From NCBI GenBank assembly GCA_963848135.1, contig CAWKCK010000007.1, positions 68,121 through 132,120 on the forward strand: 64,000 nt of DNA, in the 5' to 3' direction. This DNA is from an uncultured delta proteobacterium. GTDB taxonomy: Bacteria > Desulfobacterota > Desulfobacteria > Desulfobacterales > SG8-13. Under the pieces are notes generated by a model. That model worked only from the letters and a program-made list of their open reading frames with translations. It was not told the origin of the DNA and did no database searches. The translations under genes and the position numbers were made by a program. Below are positions 1 to 10,268 of this stretch, in pieces (the first letter of the stretch is position 1; each line of letters starts with the position of its first letter).

Positions 1-1589
1 GTTAAGTTCACGAAAGGTCTCCACGAAACTGGCTCCTGCCAGCATATGACTGACTGCAATAACCCTTGCCGCCAAGAGTCGGAGTCTCGGCTGGCTCAAC
101 CCACCGACAAGATGTTCTGCCAGGACGGCGATCCCTTCCTGCAACTCATCGTAGCCTGCCAATCCGGAGTACAGTTGCTGAAACGGCCTGTGAGATCCCG
201 TATATGTATCCCAGCACGTGGGTGCCGACTTCGTGTTGGATCAAAGCTTCCAACCTCGATTCCGGAATAGACAATCCCGACGGTACCAGCAAATTGCCTT
301 TGGATACCATCAGGGCTGTCAAATCGTCGCGAATCTGCACTTTCGAGTCCGTCTCCGGATAACGTTCCCGGAAATATCGAATCTCATCCACTGCCCGCGC
401 TGCGAAAGCTTTTGCCCCAACCTGGATTCGGCCGGAAATTTCCCTGCTCCTCGGCGGAATAGTCTTCAGGATTTCTCCGGCCAACTTTGCCAGCCCATTG
501 TCGACCCCACCGAATATTTGCATACTACTGTATAGGAAAGACAGCTTTTCCCGATCCTGCAAGCCTGTCAATTGCCTGTCAATCTCAGACTGCTTATCAA
601 TAAAGATCTCGGAGACTTCGGGATCTTCGATTTTCTCCATCGGAATTGCGAATAACTCCCGCTTCATCAGGCCTGGGGCTAATCCGGATGGGCCGGTAAA
701 TGAATCGAGGCTGCCTCTCAAATCGACTGCGTTTAAATGCCGCCCATGCCTGGCGTGAGTTCACCGGCGTTACCAACAGTGAAAAATCGAAACGGTCTGC
801 AATCGATGCCAGTCGACGGTCCACTTCCCACACGGACTTCACCAATACACGCCTGCCAAGGGCGTGATAATGCGGCGGCTGATGCTTAGTCTGTGTCCGG
901 GCAAAACGGAATACGGTTTTTTGAAACGCCTTTGTTATCTGGCGGTGAAGGTTTCGGAGCGCCTGCGCATAGACATCGCCGCTCTCGTCATCTCGGTATA
1001 CCGGCCGAATCTCAAGCCCTATCAGGAAAATCGACTCTGCCCCGCCTTTCCGCAGTGGAAAAAGCGTCCCCAACCCCGGCGGGCTTATCCGTTGTAATTC
1101 CACTCGCTCCACGTCTGCCCCACCGTGCCGTTGAATCCGAATCTTTTGAAGCACATTCTCAAGCGCTTCCACGGTATTAACCAACTCCCTGTTGGCCGGG
1201 GAAAAAATTCGGAAACCCGGTCTTACCAAGCCTTCATCCCCGGTGGCTGCCGCCGGAGATTCCTTGGACCATATCTCAATCAACAGGCAGGCACCGAAGA
1301 TGTCCCGAATTGTCCGTGCGATCTCCATTACCATTTGTGCAAGGCTTGCTTTCAACGTGGGGTTTCCTGATGCTCTGAGATAGGATGCCTGTCCCTGTAT
1401 CAGCTTGTATGTTCCCCTGTCGGGGCGCGATTCCGGCTTGCGGTATACGAAAAGGTACGGAAGCTGTCTCTCGATATGAATTTGTCCCCATACGGGAACA
1501 CGCCTGCGGATGCGCTGGTTATGCTTCAAACGGTCACAAACGCTTTCAGTATAGGAACCGGGTATATTTTCCTGTCTATCAACTTTCAT
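1..1589 (-). CDS. QEGLA-motif (DUF1704, flavohemoglobin expression-modulating / tyrosine-carboxypeptidase-like) zinc metallopeptidase; 3'-truncated by the window edge; two +1 frameshifts (~676, ~187)
   Basis: ORF 597-1589 joins ORF 146-721 (HEVGTH zinc motif), then a third frame reading PFQQLYSGLAGYDELQEGIAVLAEHLVGGLS. Each junction is repaired by removing one base. Confidence 0.85.
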
Positions 1590-1610
1590 GCTTTCTCTAA
1601 GACCATTCTC

Positions 1611-2384
1611 TCAAAGTTCTTCTAAAACACCACTCATGGTCGATTTCAAAGCTTCCAAAACTCTCTGATGTTCCACAGGATATAGTTGCCCCGTCCACTC
1701 ATCCATGAAGAACTTCTTGAACTCGATGGCCAGAGAACAGCCCGTCTCAGGGTATTTCTCGCCCACCCACCGGGACAACTGGCCACCGCGAAATTTAACG
1801 TTTTCGCGTACATCGAGTTGCTGGCCTCCAAAATCAAATTTCTTCAGGTCGCTCATAAACCGCTCCACAACCGCCGCCCAAAACTCCCGGTTCATTGTGC
1901 CGGTACCAAGATTTACTTCCGGATTCTCCTCCGCGTCATCCGGCTGGCTTTCCGGACCCTTGCGCCGATGGTTATAAGAATGCAAGTCGAACACCACGAA
2001 ACGCCCATATCTACTCTCAATTTCCGAAAGAATGCGGCCAAGCTCGGAGTAAAATTCATCATACTCTGCAAGAGAGGTTTTTATTAGTTTATCCGTCGGC
2101 GTCTGCTTCCAGATTTTCAAACCCCATGCATCTTCAGGGTGGATATACACGGATTTCTCGCGAGACCGGTTCAAATCGACTTCAAATCTTGATCGCAAAC
2201 CGATTATATGGGTTGGTGCAATAACGGCTCAGTCGCCGGTGAATGGATCTTCTTCCCGCAACCGATCTTCCTCAGAAATTGCCAAAAGTTCCCGGACTTC
2301 CGGTCGAACGTCATGTCCATTATGGATGGCGGTTGCGACGATTGGTCCCTTTCCCATCACGACTTTACATACTGACTCATTCAT
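1611..2384 (-). CDS. N-formylglutamate amidohydrolase family protein with an in-frame TGA at 2229-2231
   Basis: SD AGGAGA then ATG at 2384. It reads [27 protein letters not shown]...[29 protein letters not shown], in frame with ORF 1611-2198 (DLHSYNH motif). The stop sits where family members usually have Trp. Confidence 0.8.
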
Positions 2385-2425
2385 TTACTCTCCTTTCCCG
2401 TGACCGGGGGTGACTCTGTTAAAAA

Positions 2426-2441
2426 GGAATTCCTGTGCCAA
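2426..2441 (-). promoter_or_regulatory. Possible degenerate sigma-54 (-24/-12) promoter of the amidohydrolase operon
   Basis: The minus strand reads TTGGCACAGGAATTCC: a perfect -24 box, but CC instead of GC at -12. Confidence 0.3.
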
Positions 2442-3160
2442 GCACTCCCCTTTTGTCATGTACAAACCAGAATGTATCAACGGTCGGAGTATTATACAAT
2501 TAAACTCTTAACTGATGAGCAAAGGTATCGAAAACTCCCCGAATGTTTAATTATATTTAGGACCATTTTATTGTAGAAATCCTTGATGGTTTCGATTGAA
2601 CTTTAGCACGTTTTTATGCAATTATAAGAAGATAGCTGCGGTCAATCGAAGGAAACGACCTCTGACAGCAAATAACGGTTGGATTTTCGTAACAGTGTAA
2701 TATCAGGAAGCGGGTTCTGTTGGACAAAAAACAGTAAGGGAACATAACCCTACAACGTTATTAGCACAACCTCATCTTTAGATTTAACGCATGATCTGGC
2801 ATACTACGCAACACACCTAAGGCAGGCCATGCTACCCACAATTCGGTGCGACAAATACCTTCACGCGGTTCCCTTATTTTTTGGATCAGATGTGCTGCAA
2901 ATGTGCTGCAAAATGATTCTGATCTGAAACTAGCTGTTGACACTGAATATATTACTTATTAGGGTGCAGATAGTAATATTGTTTCCCAAGTTTTAAATTC
3001 AGGCAATTTTAAATCATTGTTTTGCTTGGGGCCACCAATCGTCAGATCTGTAACCCCAGCCTGACACCTGTGACACTTAACCCGGGAAAGGAGGTGGTTG
3101 TAAAATAACCCCATCATGACTTCCTGCCCGTAATCCCCTTCAGAAAAAAAGGAGACTCGT

Positions 3161-4144
3161 ATGAAAAAAGCGCTCATTTTGACTATCGCCATTGTATTCG
3201 GCTTCACTTTGCTGGCCGGCCTGACTCCCACTACCGTTCAGGCTGAAACCAAATTCGTCACCATTGGCACCGGCGGTGTGACCGGGGTCTATTATCCCAC
3301 CGGCGGCGCCATTTGCCGGCTGGTCAACAAGACCAGAAAAGAGCATGGCATCCGCTGCTCGGTTGAAAGCACCGGCGGCTCGGTTTATAACCTGAACACC
3401 ATTGCCGCGGGCGAGCTCGATATGGGCGTGGCCCAATCCGATTGGCAATACCACGCCTACACTGGCACCAGCAAATTCAAAGAGAAAGGGCCCAACAAGG
3501 ATCTGCGAGCGGTATTCTCGGTTCACCCCGAACCCTTCACCGTCGTCGCGCGGGCCGATTCCGGAATCAAAACGTTCAAAGACCTCAAGGGCAAAAGGGT
3601 CAACATCGGCAACCCCGGTTCGGGCCAACGCGGCACCATGGAAGTGGTCATGCAGGTTCAAGGCTGGACCAAAAAGGATTTTAAACTGGCTTCCGAGCTG
3701 AAATCGGCCGAGCAGTCCCAGGCACTGTGCGACAACAAAGTCGATGCCATGGTGTTCACGGTTGGACATCCCAGCGGCTCTATCAAGGAAGCCACCACTT
3801 CCTGCGATTCGGTCATTGTGGAAGTCGCCGGCCCGGAGATCGACGCGCTGGTCAAGGAAAACGACTACTACCGCTTTGCGACCATTCCCGGCGGGATGTA
3901 CCGTGGAACCGACACCGACACCAAGACCTTCGGTGTTGGCGCCACCTTCGTAACATCAGCCAAAATCCCGGATGATGTTATCTACTATGTGGTCAGGGCG
4001 GTATTTGAAAACTTTGACGAATTCAAGAAACTCCATCCGGCATTTGCAAACCTGAAAAAAGAAGAAATGATCAAAGACGGTCTTTCGGCGCCGTTGCACC
4101 CGGGTGCTGTGAAATACTACAAAGAAGCCGGTTTGATGAAGTAA
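3161..4144 (+). CDS. TAXI-family TRAP transporter solute-binding protein
   Basis: Signal peptide; [30 protein letters not shown] and [10 protein letters not shown] motifs; SD AGGAG. Confidence 0.95.
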   Translation: MKKALILTIAIVFGFTLLAGLTPTTVQAETKFVTIGTGGVTGVYYPTGGAICRLVNKTRKEHGIRCSVESTGGSVYNLNTIAAGELDMGVAQSDWQYHAYTGTSKFKEKGPNKDLRAVFSVHPEPFTVVARADSGIKTFKDLKGKRVNIGNPGSGQRGTMEVVMQVQGWTKKDFKLASELKSAEQSQALCDNKVDAMVFTVGHPSGSIKEATTSCDSVIVEVAGPEIDALVKENDYYRFATIPGGMYRGTDTDTKTFGVGATFVTSAKIPDDVIYYVVRAVFENFDEFKKLHPAFANLKKEEMIKDGLSAPLHPGAVKYYKEAGLMK

Positions 4145-4155
4145 ATCCAAACGTA

Positions 4156-4191
4156 GATAAATGTGCGCCGTCCAAACGGCGCACATTTATC
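4156..4191 (+). terminator. Perfect 16-bp stem hairpin after the binding-protein gene (terminator or mRNA stabiliser)
   Basis: GATAAATGTGCGCCGT-CCAA-ACGGCGCACATTTATC. Confidence 0.75.
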
Positions 4192-4324
4192 CTTAGTTTC
4201 GTTATTCATACTGCGGCACAGTTACAATACACATTCTTTGAAATGCGTCCGGACCGAAATTTTCGCAGCCCTCCGCGATCGACGTACAGATTAACTTCAC
4301 CCTTTCACGGGAGGAATCGTTGCA

Positions 4325-6925
4325 ATGACTGAACCTGAGATTCGCCAGGCATCTCAAGAAGAGCTCCAGGAGATGATTGCCGAAACGGATACGGGGGCCC
4401 GCAATCCCACCGGTGCGGTATCCAAAAACATCCTCTTTTTCGTACCGCTCGCATGGACCCTATTTCAGCTTTGGTATGCATCGCCACTGCCATTTATCTT
4501 CAATATCGGTGTATTTAATTCCACCGAAGCGCGCGCGATCCACCTCGCTTTTGCCATTTTTTTGTCCTTTACGGCTTATCCCTCTTTCAAGTCATCGCCC
4601 CGGAACTACATTCCTGTGCAGGACTGGGTTGTTGCGCTGATCGGAGCGTTCTGTTCGCTCTACCTGTTTATTTTTTACAATGAGTTGTCGCAACGCCCGG
4701 GCGACCCGGCCCCACAGGATCTGATTGTAGCCGTCATCGGGCTGATCGTTCTGCTGGAGGCCACTCGCCGCGCACTCGGTCCACCGCTGATGATCGTTGC
4801 CACGGTATTTATCATCTATACCTTTTTCGGTTCCTATATGCCGGACATCATCGCACACAAGGGCGCCAGCCTGAGCAAGGGCATGTCCCACTATTGGCTA
4901 TCCACCGAAGGGGTGTTCGGGGTGGCCCTTGGGGTCTCCACCGGGATGGTGTTCATGTTCGTTCTATTCGGCGCGCTGCTGGAAGCGGCCGGTGCGGGTA
5001 ACTACTTCATCCGTTCCGCGTTTGCTGGATTGGGGCACCTTCGCGGTGGACCAGCCAAAGCCGCGGTTGTCTCTTCCGGGTTAACCGGCCTGGTATCCGG
5101 GTCCTCGATTGCCAACGTGGTGACCACCGGTACTTTTACGATTCCCCTGATGAAAAAAACCGGATTTTCAGCCGAAAAAGCCGGCGCGGTGGAAGTCGCA
5201 TGCTCTACCAATGGCCAACTGATGCCCCCGGTCATGGGCGCGGCAGCCTTCCTGATGGTCGAATATGTCGGTATCTCGTACATCGAAGTGATCAAGCACG
5301 CTTTCCTGCCGGCGATTATCTCCTATATCGCCCTTGTCTACATCGTCCACCTGGAAGCCTGCAAAATGGGCCTTGAGGGAATGGAAAAACCGGTTACAAC
5401 AAAAACATTCTCTAGAAAAGTGCTCTCATTTGTCATGACCTTTCTGTTTTTGATCATCCTGGCCGGCGCTGTATACTACGGCATGGGCTGGATAAAGGTT
5501 GTTGCCGGAAACGCCACAATATACGTCGTTGCGGTACTGCTCGTCGTCGCTTATCTGCTGCTGCTCGCTTTAGCATGCAGAGTACCGGAACTGGACACCA
5601 GTACCGATATTACGGAGCTTCCAGCCCTGGGCACGACCGCCCAGGCCGGTTACTACTTTTTGCTGCCTATTGTCGTGCTGATGTGGTGCCTCGTGGTGGA
5701 ACGGCTGTCGCCGGCCCTATCTGCTTTCTGGGCCACGGTGCTGCTGATGTTTATCGTGCTTACCCAGTGGCCACTGAAAAGCTATTTCCGAAAGGTCAAG
5801 GAAGCGAGAGACAATTATTCCTTCAAACGCGGTTTCAATGAGTTGATCGAGGGTTTTGTCTCCGGCGCCCGCAATATGATCGGTATCGGTGTGGCCACCG
5901 CGGCGGCCGGCATCGTGGTCGGGACGGTGACTCTGACCGGCATTGGCCTTGTCATGACCGAGTTTGTCGAGTTCATATCGGGCGGGAGCCTGATACTGAT
6001 CCTGCTCTTTACCGCCATCATCAGCCTGATTTTGGGCATGGGATTACCGACAACGGCCAACTACATCGTCGTCTCGACCCTGATGGCCCCGGTTATCGTC
6101 AGCCTCGGCGCCAAGGCCGGCCTGATCGTGCCCCTTATCGCGGTCCACTTGTTTGTTTTCTACTTCGGCATCTTGGCGGATGACACGCCGCCGGTGGGTC
6201 TGGCGGCCTTTGCCGCGGCCGGCATATCCGGTGGCGACCCCATACGCACCGGTATCCAAGGATTTAGCTATGACATCCGCACGGCCATCCTACCGTTTAT
6301 CTTCATTTTCAACACCGAGCTTTTAATTATCGGGGTGGCAAACTGGTTCCATTTGGTGATTGTCATCGTATCGGCCATTACGGCCATGATGCTTTTCGGT
6401 GCTGCCACCCAGAATTTCTGGTTGACCAAGAATCGCATCTGGGAAACTGTCGCTCTGTTGCTGGTGGCCTTCACCCTGCTGCGGCCCGGTTTTTGGTGGG
6501 ACATGGTATTTCCACCGCTGCAAGAGGAGCCACCCGTCAAGCTCGAGCAGATGATTGAAGGGATGGCACCGGGCTCCCAGTTGATTATCGAGGTGCAAGG
6601 AGAGGACTTAAAGGGGAAACTCTTTACCAAAACGGTCATGCTGAATGTCGGCGATGAAAGCTCGGGGGCCGAAAGGCTGACCGGCATCGGACTTGAGACC
6701 CGAAATGAAGACGGCAAAATACTGGTCGACAATATCGTATTCGCCAGTTTGGCGGAAAAGGCCGGTATCGATTTCGACCAGGAGATATTGAACATTAAAG
6801 TGCCGACTGAAAGGCCGCCGAAACAGCTGATGTTCATTCCGGCATTGGTCCTTGCGGTGCTGGTCTGGTTTATGCAGCGGGGACGCAAAAAAAGACAGGA
6901 AGCACTCTCCGTTGCAACGGCGTAG
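4325..6925 (+). CDS. TRAP transporter fused 4TM/12TM permease (TAXI type) with C-terminal DUF3394-like region
   Basis: 866 aa polytopic membrane protein with GSSIANVVTTG, GQLMPPVMGAAAF, LGMGLPTTANY and DDTPPVGLAAF motifs. Confidence 0.95.
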   Translation: MTEPEIRQASQEELQEMIAETDTGARNPTGAVSKNILFFVPLAWTLFQLWYASPLPFIFNIGVFNSTEARAIHLAFAIFLSFTAYPSFKSSPRNYIPVQDWVVALIGAFCSLYLFIFYNELSQRPGDPAPQDLIVAVIGLIVLLEATRRALGPPLMIVATVFIIYTFFGSYMPDIIAHKGASLSKGMSHYWLSTEGVFGVALGVSTGMVFMFVLFGALLEAAGAGNYFIRSAFAGLGHLRGGPAKAAVVSSGLTGLVSGSSIANVVTTGTFTIPLMKKTGFSAEKAGAVEVACSTNGQLMPPVMGAAAFLMVEYVGISYIEVIKHAFLPAIISYIALVYIVHLEACKMGLEGMEKPVTTKTFSRKVLSFVMTFLFLIILAGAVYYGMGWIKVVAGNATIYVVAVLLVVAYLLLLALACRVPELDTSTDITELPALGTTAQAGYYFLLPIVVLMWCLVVERLSPALSAFWATVLLMFIVLTQWPLKSYFRKVKEARDNYSFKRGFNELIEGFVSGARNMIGIGVATAAAGIVVGTVTLTGIGLVMTEFVEFISGGSLILILLFTAIISLILGMGLPTTANYIVVSTLMAPVIVSLGAKAGLIVPLIAVHLFVFYFGILADDTPPVGLAAFAAAGISGGDPIRTGIQGFSYDIRTAILPFIFIFNTELLIIGVANWFHLVIVIVSAITAMMLFGAATQNFWLTKNRIWETVALLLVAFTLLRPGFWWDMVFPPLQEEPPVKLEQMIEGMAPGSQLIIEVQGEDLKGKLFTKTVMLNVGDESSGAERLTGIGLETRNEDGKILVDNIVFASLAEKAGIDFDQEILNIKVPTERPPKQLMFIPALVLAVLVWFMQRGRKKRQEALSVATA

Positions 6926-6981
6926 TATGAGATTCGTCTCGACGCTTTAGCCAATTCACATATCCGCATCGGGAGCAAATT

Positions 6982-7416
6982 ATGTTTAAAAAAATACTCG
7001 TACCGTTAGATATTGACTACGAAGACACTGCTGCACTGGTCTATCGAAAAGCAGCCGCTTATGCTGCTCTCAGCGGGGCCGAAATAAAATTGGTCAGCGT
7101 CATGCCAGGCTTCAGCATGCCCATCGTGGCCTCCTATTTTTCCGATGACATGCGTAAAAAAACCGCTGACAGATTCACTGCGGCGGTGGCGGAATTCGTT
7201 AAAAACCATTGCAATGAATCCGTATCCTATACCGTTAGCGTTGGAAAAAACTGGGAAGAAATCATCAAAGCGGCAGATAACTGGGGCGCGGACCTGATTG
7301 TTGTCTACCATAACCACCACCACGAAATAAATGAAGTCTTCAGCCAGAGCTGCTCTCAGAGAGTTTCGGATCATGCCAAATGCTCCGTTCTTCGACTACG
7401 AAACATTAGAGCGTAG
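6982..7416 (+). CDS. Universal stress protein (TRAP-associated)
   Basis: FKKILVPLD start, GADLIVV motif and 144 aa length. USP genes commonly follow TRAP permeases. Confidence 0.9.
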   Translation: MFKKILVPLDIDYEDTAALVYRKAAAYAALSGAEIKLVSVMPGFSMPIVASYFSDDMRKKTADRFTAAVAEFVKNHCNESVSYTVSVGKNWEEIIKAADNWGADLIVVYHNHHHEINEVFSQSCSQRVSDHAKCSVLRLRNIRA

Positions 7417-7452
7417 ACCAATTATTTCGGTTATCGCCTTGCGGAGGAGAAT

Positions 7453-8454
7453 ATGATGACCCGTAAAAACGTCAGACATCATTTCACCATCCGGTTAATG
7501 ATTCACTTTGCTGTAACGTGCTCTTTCTTTTTCATTACCCTGTTGCCCATTTCCGCCAATGCTCTCGATATTCTACTCGGCACCGGTCCGGAAGGAACAT
7601 TCTCACATTTCACCGGGCGCACAATTTGCCGGATAATCAGTAAACAAGCCGAAGATATCGCCTGCAAAGCGGTTCCTACGCCCGACACCATCGACAATCT
7701 CACCAACTTGCAGGGGGGTTCCCTGGACATCAGCCTGGTCGATTCCCGCATGTTGACCGATGCGATCAACAAAACCGGCTATTTCGAATTTCTGGATATC
7801 CGCTATGATAACCTGCGCGAACTTATAGCGCTTTATGATCGGCCTTTCACACTGGTTGCGCGCAGCGATGCCGATATTACCTCGCTGGAAAAACTGAAGG
7901 GCAAACGGATCAATGCCGGCGCACCACGTTCGGAAGAGCATCTGACAACCGATGCGATATTGACCGCGAAAAACTGGACAAAGGCTGATTTCAGCCTCTT
8001 CGGAGAACTGTCGGCATCCCTGTCTCAGGACACGATGGCCTTCTGCCACGGAGAGGTAGAGGCGATGTTTCACATCGGCGTGCACCCGGATCCCTCATTG
8101 CAACAGTTACTCGAACGCTGCAAAGCTGAATTGGTGAACATGGACGACAGCGATATAATGAAACTGGTTGACAGCCAATCGGCTTTTTCCATGATCGAAA
8201 TCCCAGCGGAAATTTACCCGGCGCTTCAAAAATCCATTTCGACTTTCGGGACAACGGTGTTCCTGATCGCCTCCGGCAGCCTGGATGAACAGACCGCCTA
8301 CAAAATCATGGAGGCCCTCGACAAAAACCAGCAATACCTCAGGAACGCGCATACCGCACTGAGCGCCTTCACAGTCGAAACGGCACCGAAACGAACCGCC
8401 GGTGTCCAACGCCATCCCGGCGTAACGACATATCTATCGACACATGGAAAATAG
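7453..8454 (+). CDS. Second, divergent TAXI-family solute-binding protein
   Basis: Similar to the 3161 protein throughout (LKGKRINAG, MAFCHGEVEAM, RHPGVTTY) and has a signal peptide. Confidence 0.85.
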   Translation: MMTRKNVRHHFTIRLMIHFAVTCSFFFITLLPISANALDILLGTGPEGTFSHFTGRTICRIISKQAEDIACKAVPTPDTIDNLTNLQGGSLDISLVDSRMLTDAINKTGYFEFLDIRYDNLRELIALYDRPFTLVARSDADITSLEKLKGKRINAGAPRSEEHLTTDAILTAKNWTKADFSLFGELSASLSQDTMAFCHGEVEAMFHIGVHPDPSLQQLLERCKAELVNMDDSDIMKLVDSQSAFSMIEIPAEIYPALQKSISTFGTTVFLIASGSLDEQTAYKIMEALDKNQQYLRNAHTALSAFTVETAPKRTAGVQRHPGVTTYLSTHGK

Positions 8455-8671
8455 TCCCAATTTCTGGCCGGAAACGAACGCATTAGTGATATTTACCACC
8501 GCCATAGGCACTGCCCCCCGCCGGCTTTCCGCGTGCAAAGCGGCTATTTTGACACTGTCGGTTGATGTGGCCATTCGGTATGAAATGCGATTATGTCCCG
8601 ATTTCACCAAAGGAAACCCAGGCGACGTGTTTGGTAAATTATAGTAGGTAGGATAGAGCCGTTTCACGACG

Positions 8672-9199
8672 CTATCCTATTTGCTTGATTTGTAAGGAGA
8701 CCGTTTTTTTACCGCCTTCGGTCTCTTGTCGGCCAACCTCTTCAAACCCATATTGGCGGTGAAAAATCCGCGAAGTCTCATTTCTGGGGCGAAGGTTATA
8801 TTCGCACGCCAAAATCGGGATCTCCCGCGCACAGGCGAACTGTTCCAGATCTTTGTATAAATCGAAGGCGAGGCCTTTCCTGCGGAATTCGGAAGCAATA
8901 ATTATCCGATCGATGTAAATGAAGGCCTCAAAATGCTTTTTGAACCAGAGATAATTCGGACTCTTGTATCCGGCATGTGGATCGAAGGCGATCAAAAAAC
9001 CGGCGATTTTCTCACCTGATTTTGCAACCCGAAAGTAGACCGCTTGATTATAGAGAGGCGCCATGTCTGACAAAGAAATGGCGCCGACATGGGGTAAATT
9101 GGCCTGGTTTAACTGATACACGTCCTCTAAATCGGGGGGACGGGCATCCTTGATCGTTAAGTTCATGAAAACGGTTGTCCTACAGTGACCTATTGACAA
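8672..9199 (-). CDS. GNAT family N-acetyltransferase
   Basis: YIDRIIIASEFRRKGLA acetyl-CoA-binding motif; HRQYGFEEVG. The real start may be the Met near 9166. Confidence 0.85.
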   Translation of the reverse strand: MSIGHCRTTVFMNLTIKDARPPDLEDVYQLNQANLPHVGAISLSDMAPLYNQAVYFRVAKSGEKIAGFLIAFDPHAGYKSPNYLWFKKHFEAFIYIDRIIIASEFRRKGLAFDLYKDLEQFACAREIPILACEYNLRPRNETSRIFHRQYGFEEVGRQETEGGKKTVSLQIKQIG

Positions 9200-9527
9200 A
9201 GCCTCTAAAGCCCCGAAACGACGGATTCCGAGTGGAGAAGTCCACCAGTATGGCCATCAAAAATGGGAAGTTCAAATATTAACTTGGACCTTGACCGCTT
9301 GCCCCGCATTATGTAACGAGTGGTTGAATCTTGCAACTGGTTTCCGCCATCGGTCACCTGCCCCGGTAGAGAACCAACCGAAACGGGATTGATCGTTTCG
9401 GATTTCGCATTATACTGCTTTTCAAAAATAAATTTCGAAATACGGAAGGGTGGTATAAGTAATTGTAGAAAAAACCGTTCGGATAACGGAACGTTTTTTT
9501 GATAACCACGATAACTCTCTCTACTGC

Positions 9528-10268
9528 ATGAAAATGAAAACAAAATTTCCGAAGGTTACCCTTTTCGTTCAGTGCCTGGTTAATGGCTTGAGCCCTGAAA
9601 TCGGCGAGGCCATGGTGAAGATTTTCCGGAAGTTGAACCTGCCCATCGACTGCCCGTTGGATCAGACGTGCTGCGGGCAGCCGGCATTCAATTCCGGCTA
9701 CCGAAAGCAAGCCCGGACAGCGGCCGAGCGATTCATCCGGATCTTCGAAGGTGCCGAGGCCATCGTTTGTCCTTCGGGTTCCTGCGTTCACATGGTCCGC
9801 CGGTATTATCCCGACCTGTTCGTTGATGCACCCCATTGGCGGACAAGGGCCGAGGCCGTAGGTGCCAAGACCTTCGAGCTGACCCAGTTTCTGGTGGATG
9901 TTCTGGGGGTCGAAGATCTCGGTGCCCGTTTTAACGGCCGCCTCACCTTACACGACTCCTGCCAGGCACTCCGCGGCCTTGGCGTCCGGGAACAACCCCG
10001 ACGGCTCATTGCTCATATTGCCGGTGCCGAACTGGTGGAGATGCGCGATCCGCTTCGCTGCTGTGGATTTGGTGGATCATTTGCCGTAAAATATCCTGAA
10101 ATTTCAACCGCAATGGTCGACGACAAGGTCAGAACCATCATGGCCACGGACGCAGATGTTCTCACAGGTGTAGATCTCAGCTGCCTGACAAACATTCAGG
10201 GCCGCCTTAGCCGTCTGAAATCGACTGTCAGGGTCATGCACATCGCTGAACTTCTGGCAAGTGAATGA
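9528..10268 (+). CDS. lutA: L-lactate utilisation protein A/LldE (CCG-domain Fe-S oxidoreductase)
   Basis: QTCCGQPAFNSG, CPSGSC, HDSCQALR and CCGFGGSF motifs; first gene of an overlapping three-gene operon. Confidence 0.92.
   Translation: MKMKTKFPKVTLFVQCLVNGLSPEIGEAMVKIFRKLNLPIDCPLDQTCCGQPAFNSGYRKQARTAAERFIRIFEGAEAIVCPSGSCVHMVRRYYPDLFVDAPHWRTRAEAVGAKTFELTQFLVDVLGVEDLGARFNGRLTLHDSCQALRGLGVREQPRRLIAHIAGAELVEMRDPLRCCGFGGSFAVKYPEISTAMVDDKVRTIMATDADVLTGVDLSCLTNIQGRLSRLKSTVRVMHIAELLASE

Noticed and set aside
2229-2231. Selenocysteine in the formylglutamate amidohydrolase
   Set aside because: The position corresponds to a usual Trp, not a catalytic Cys. TGG-to-TGA by mutation or error is more parsimonious.
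2400-3140. Riboswitch or small genes in the AT-rich intergenic region (hairpin near 2640-2660; ORFs 2761-2943 and 2959-3231)
   Set aside because: No match to riboswitch consensus motifs I know. The ORFs lack SD sequences and recognisable motifs.
8434-8667. GNAT-like fragment (ISYRMATSTDSVKIAALHAES)
   Set aside because: Only a short resemblance to a GNAT N-terminus; too little to call a gene or pseudogene.
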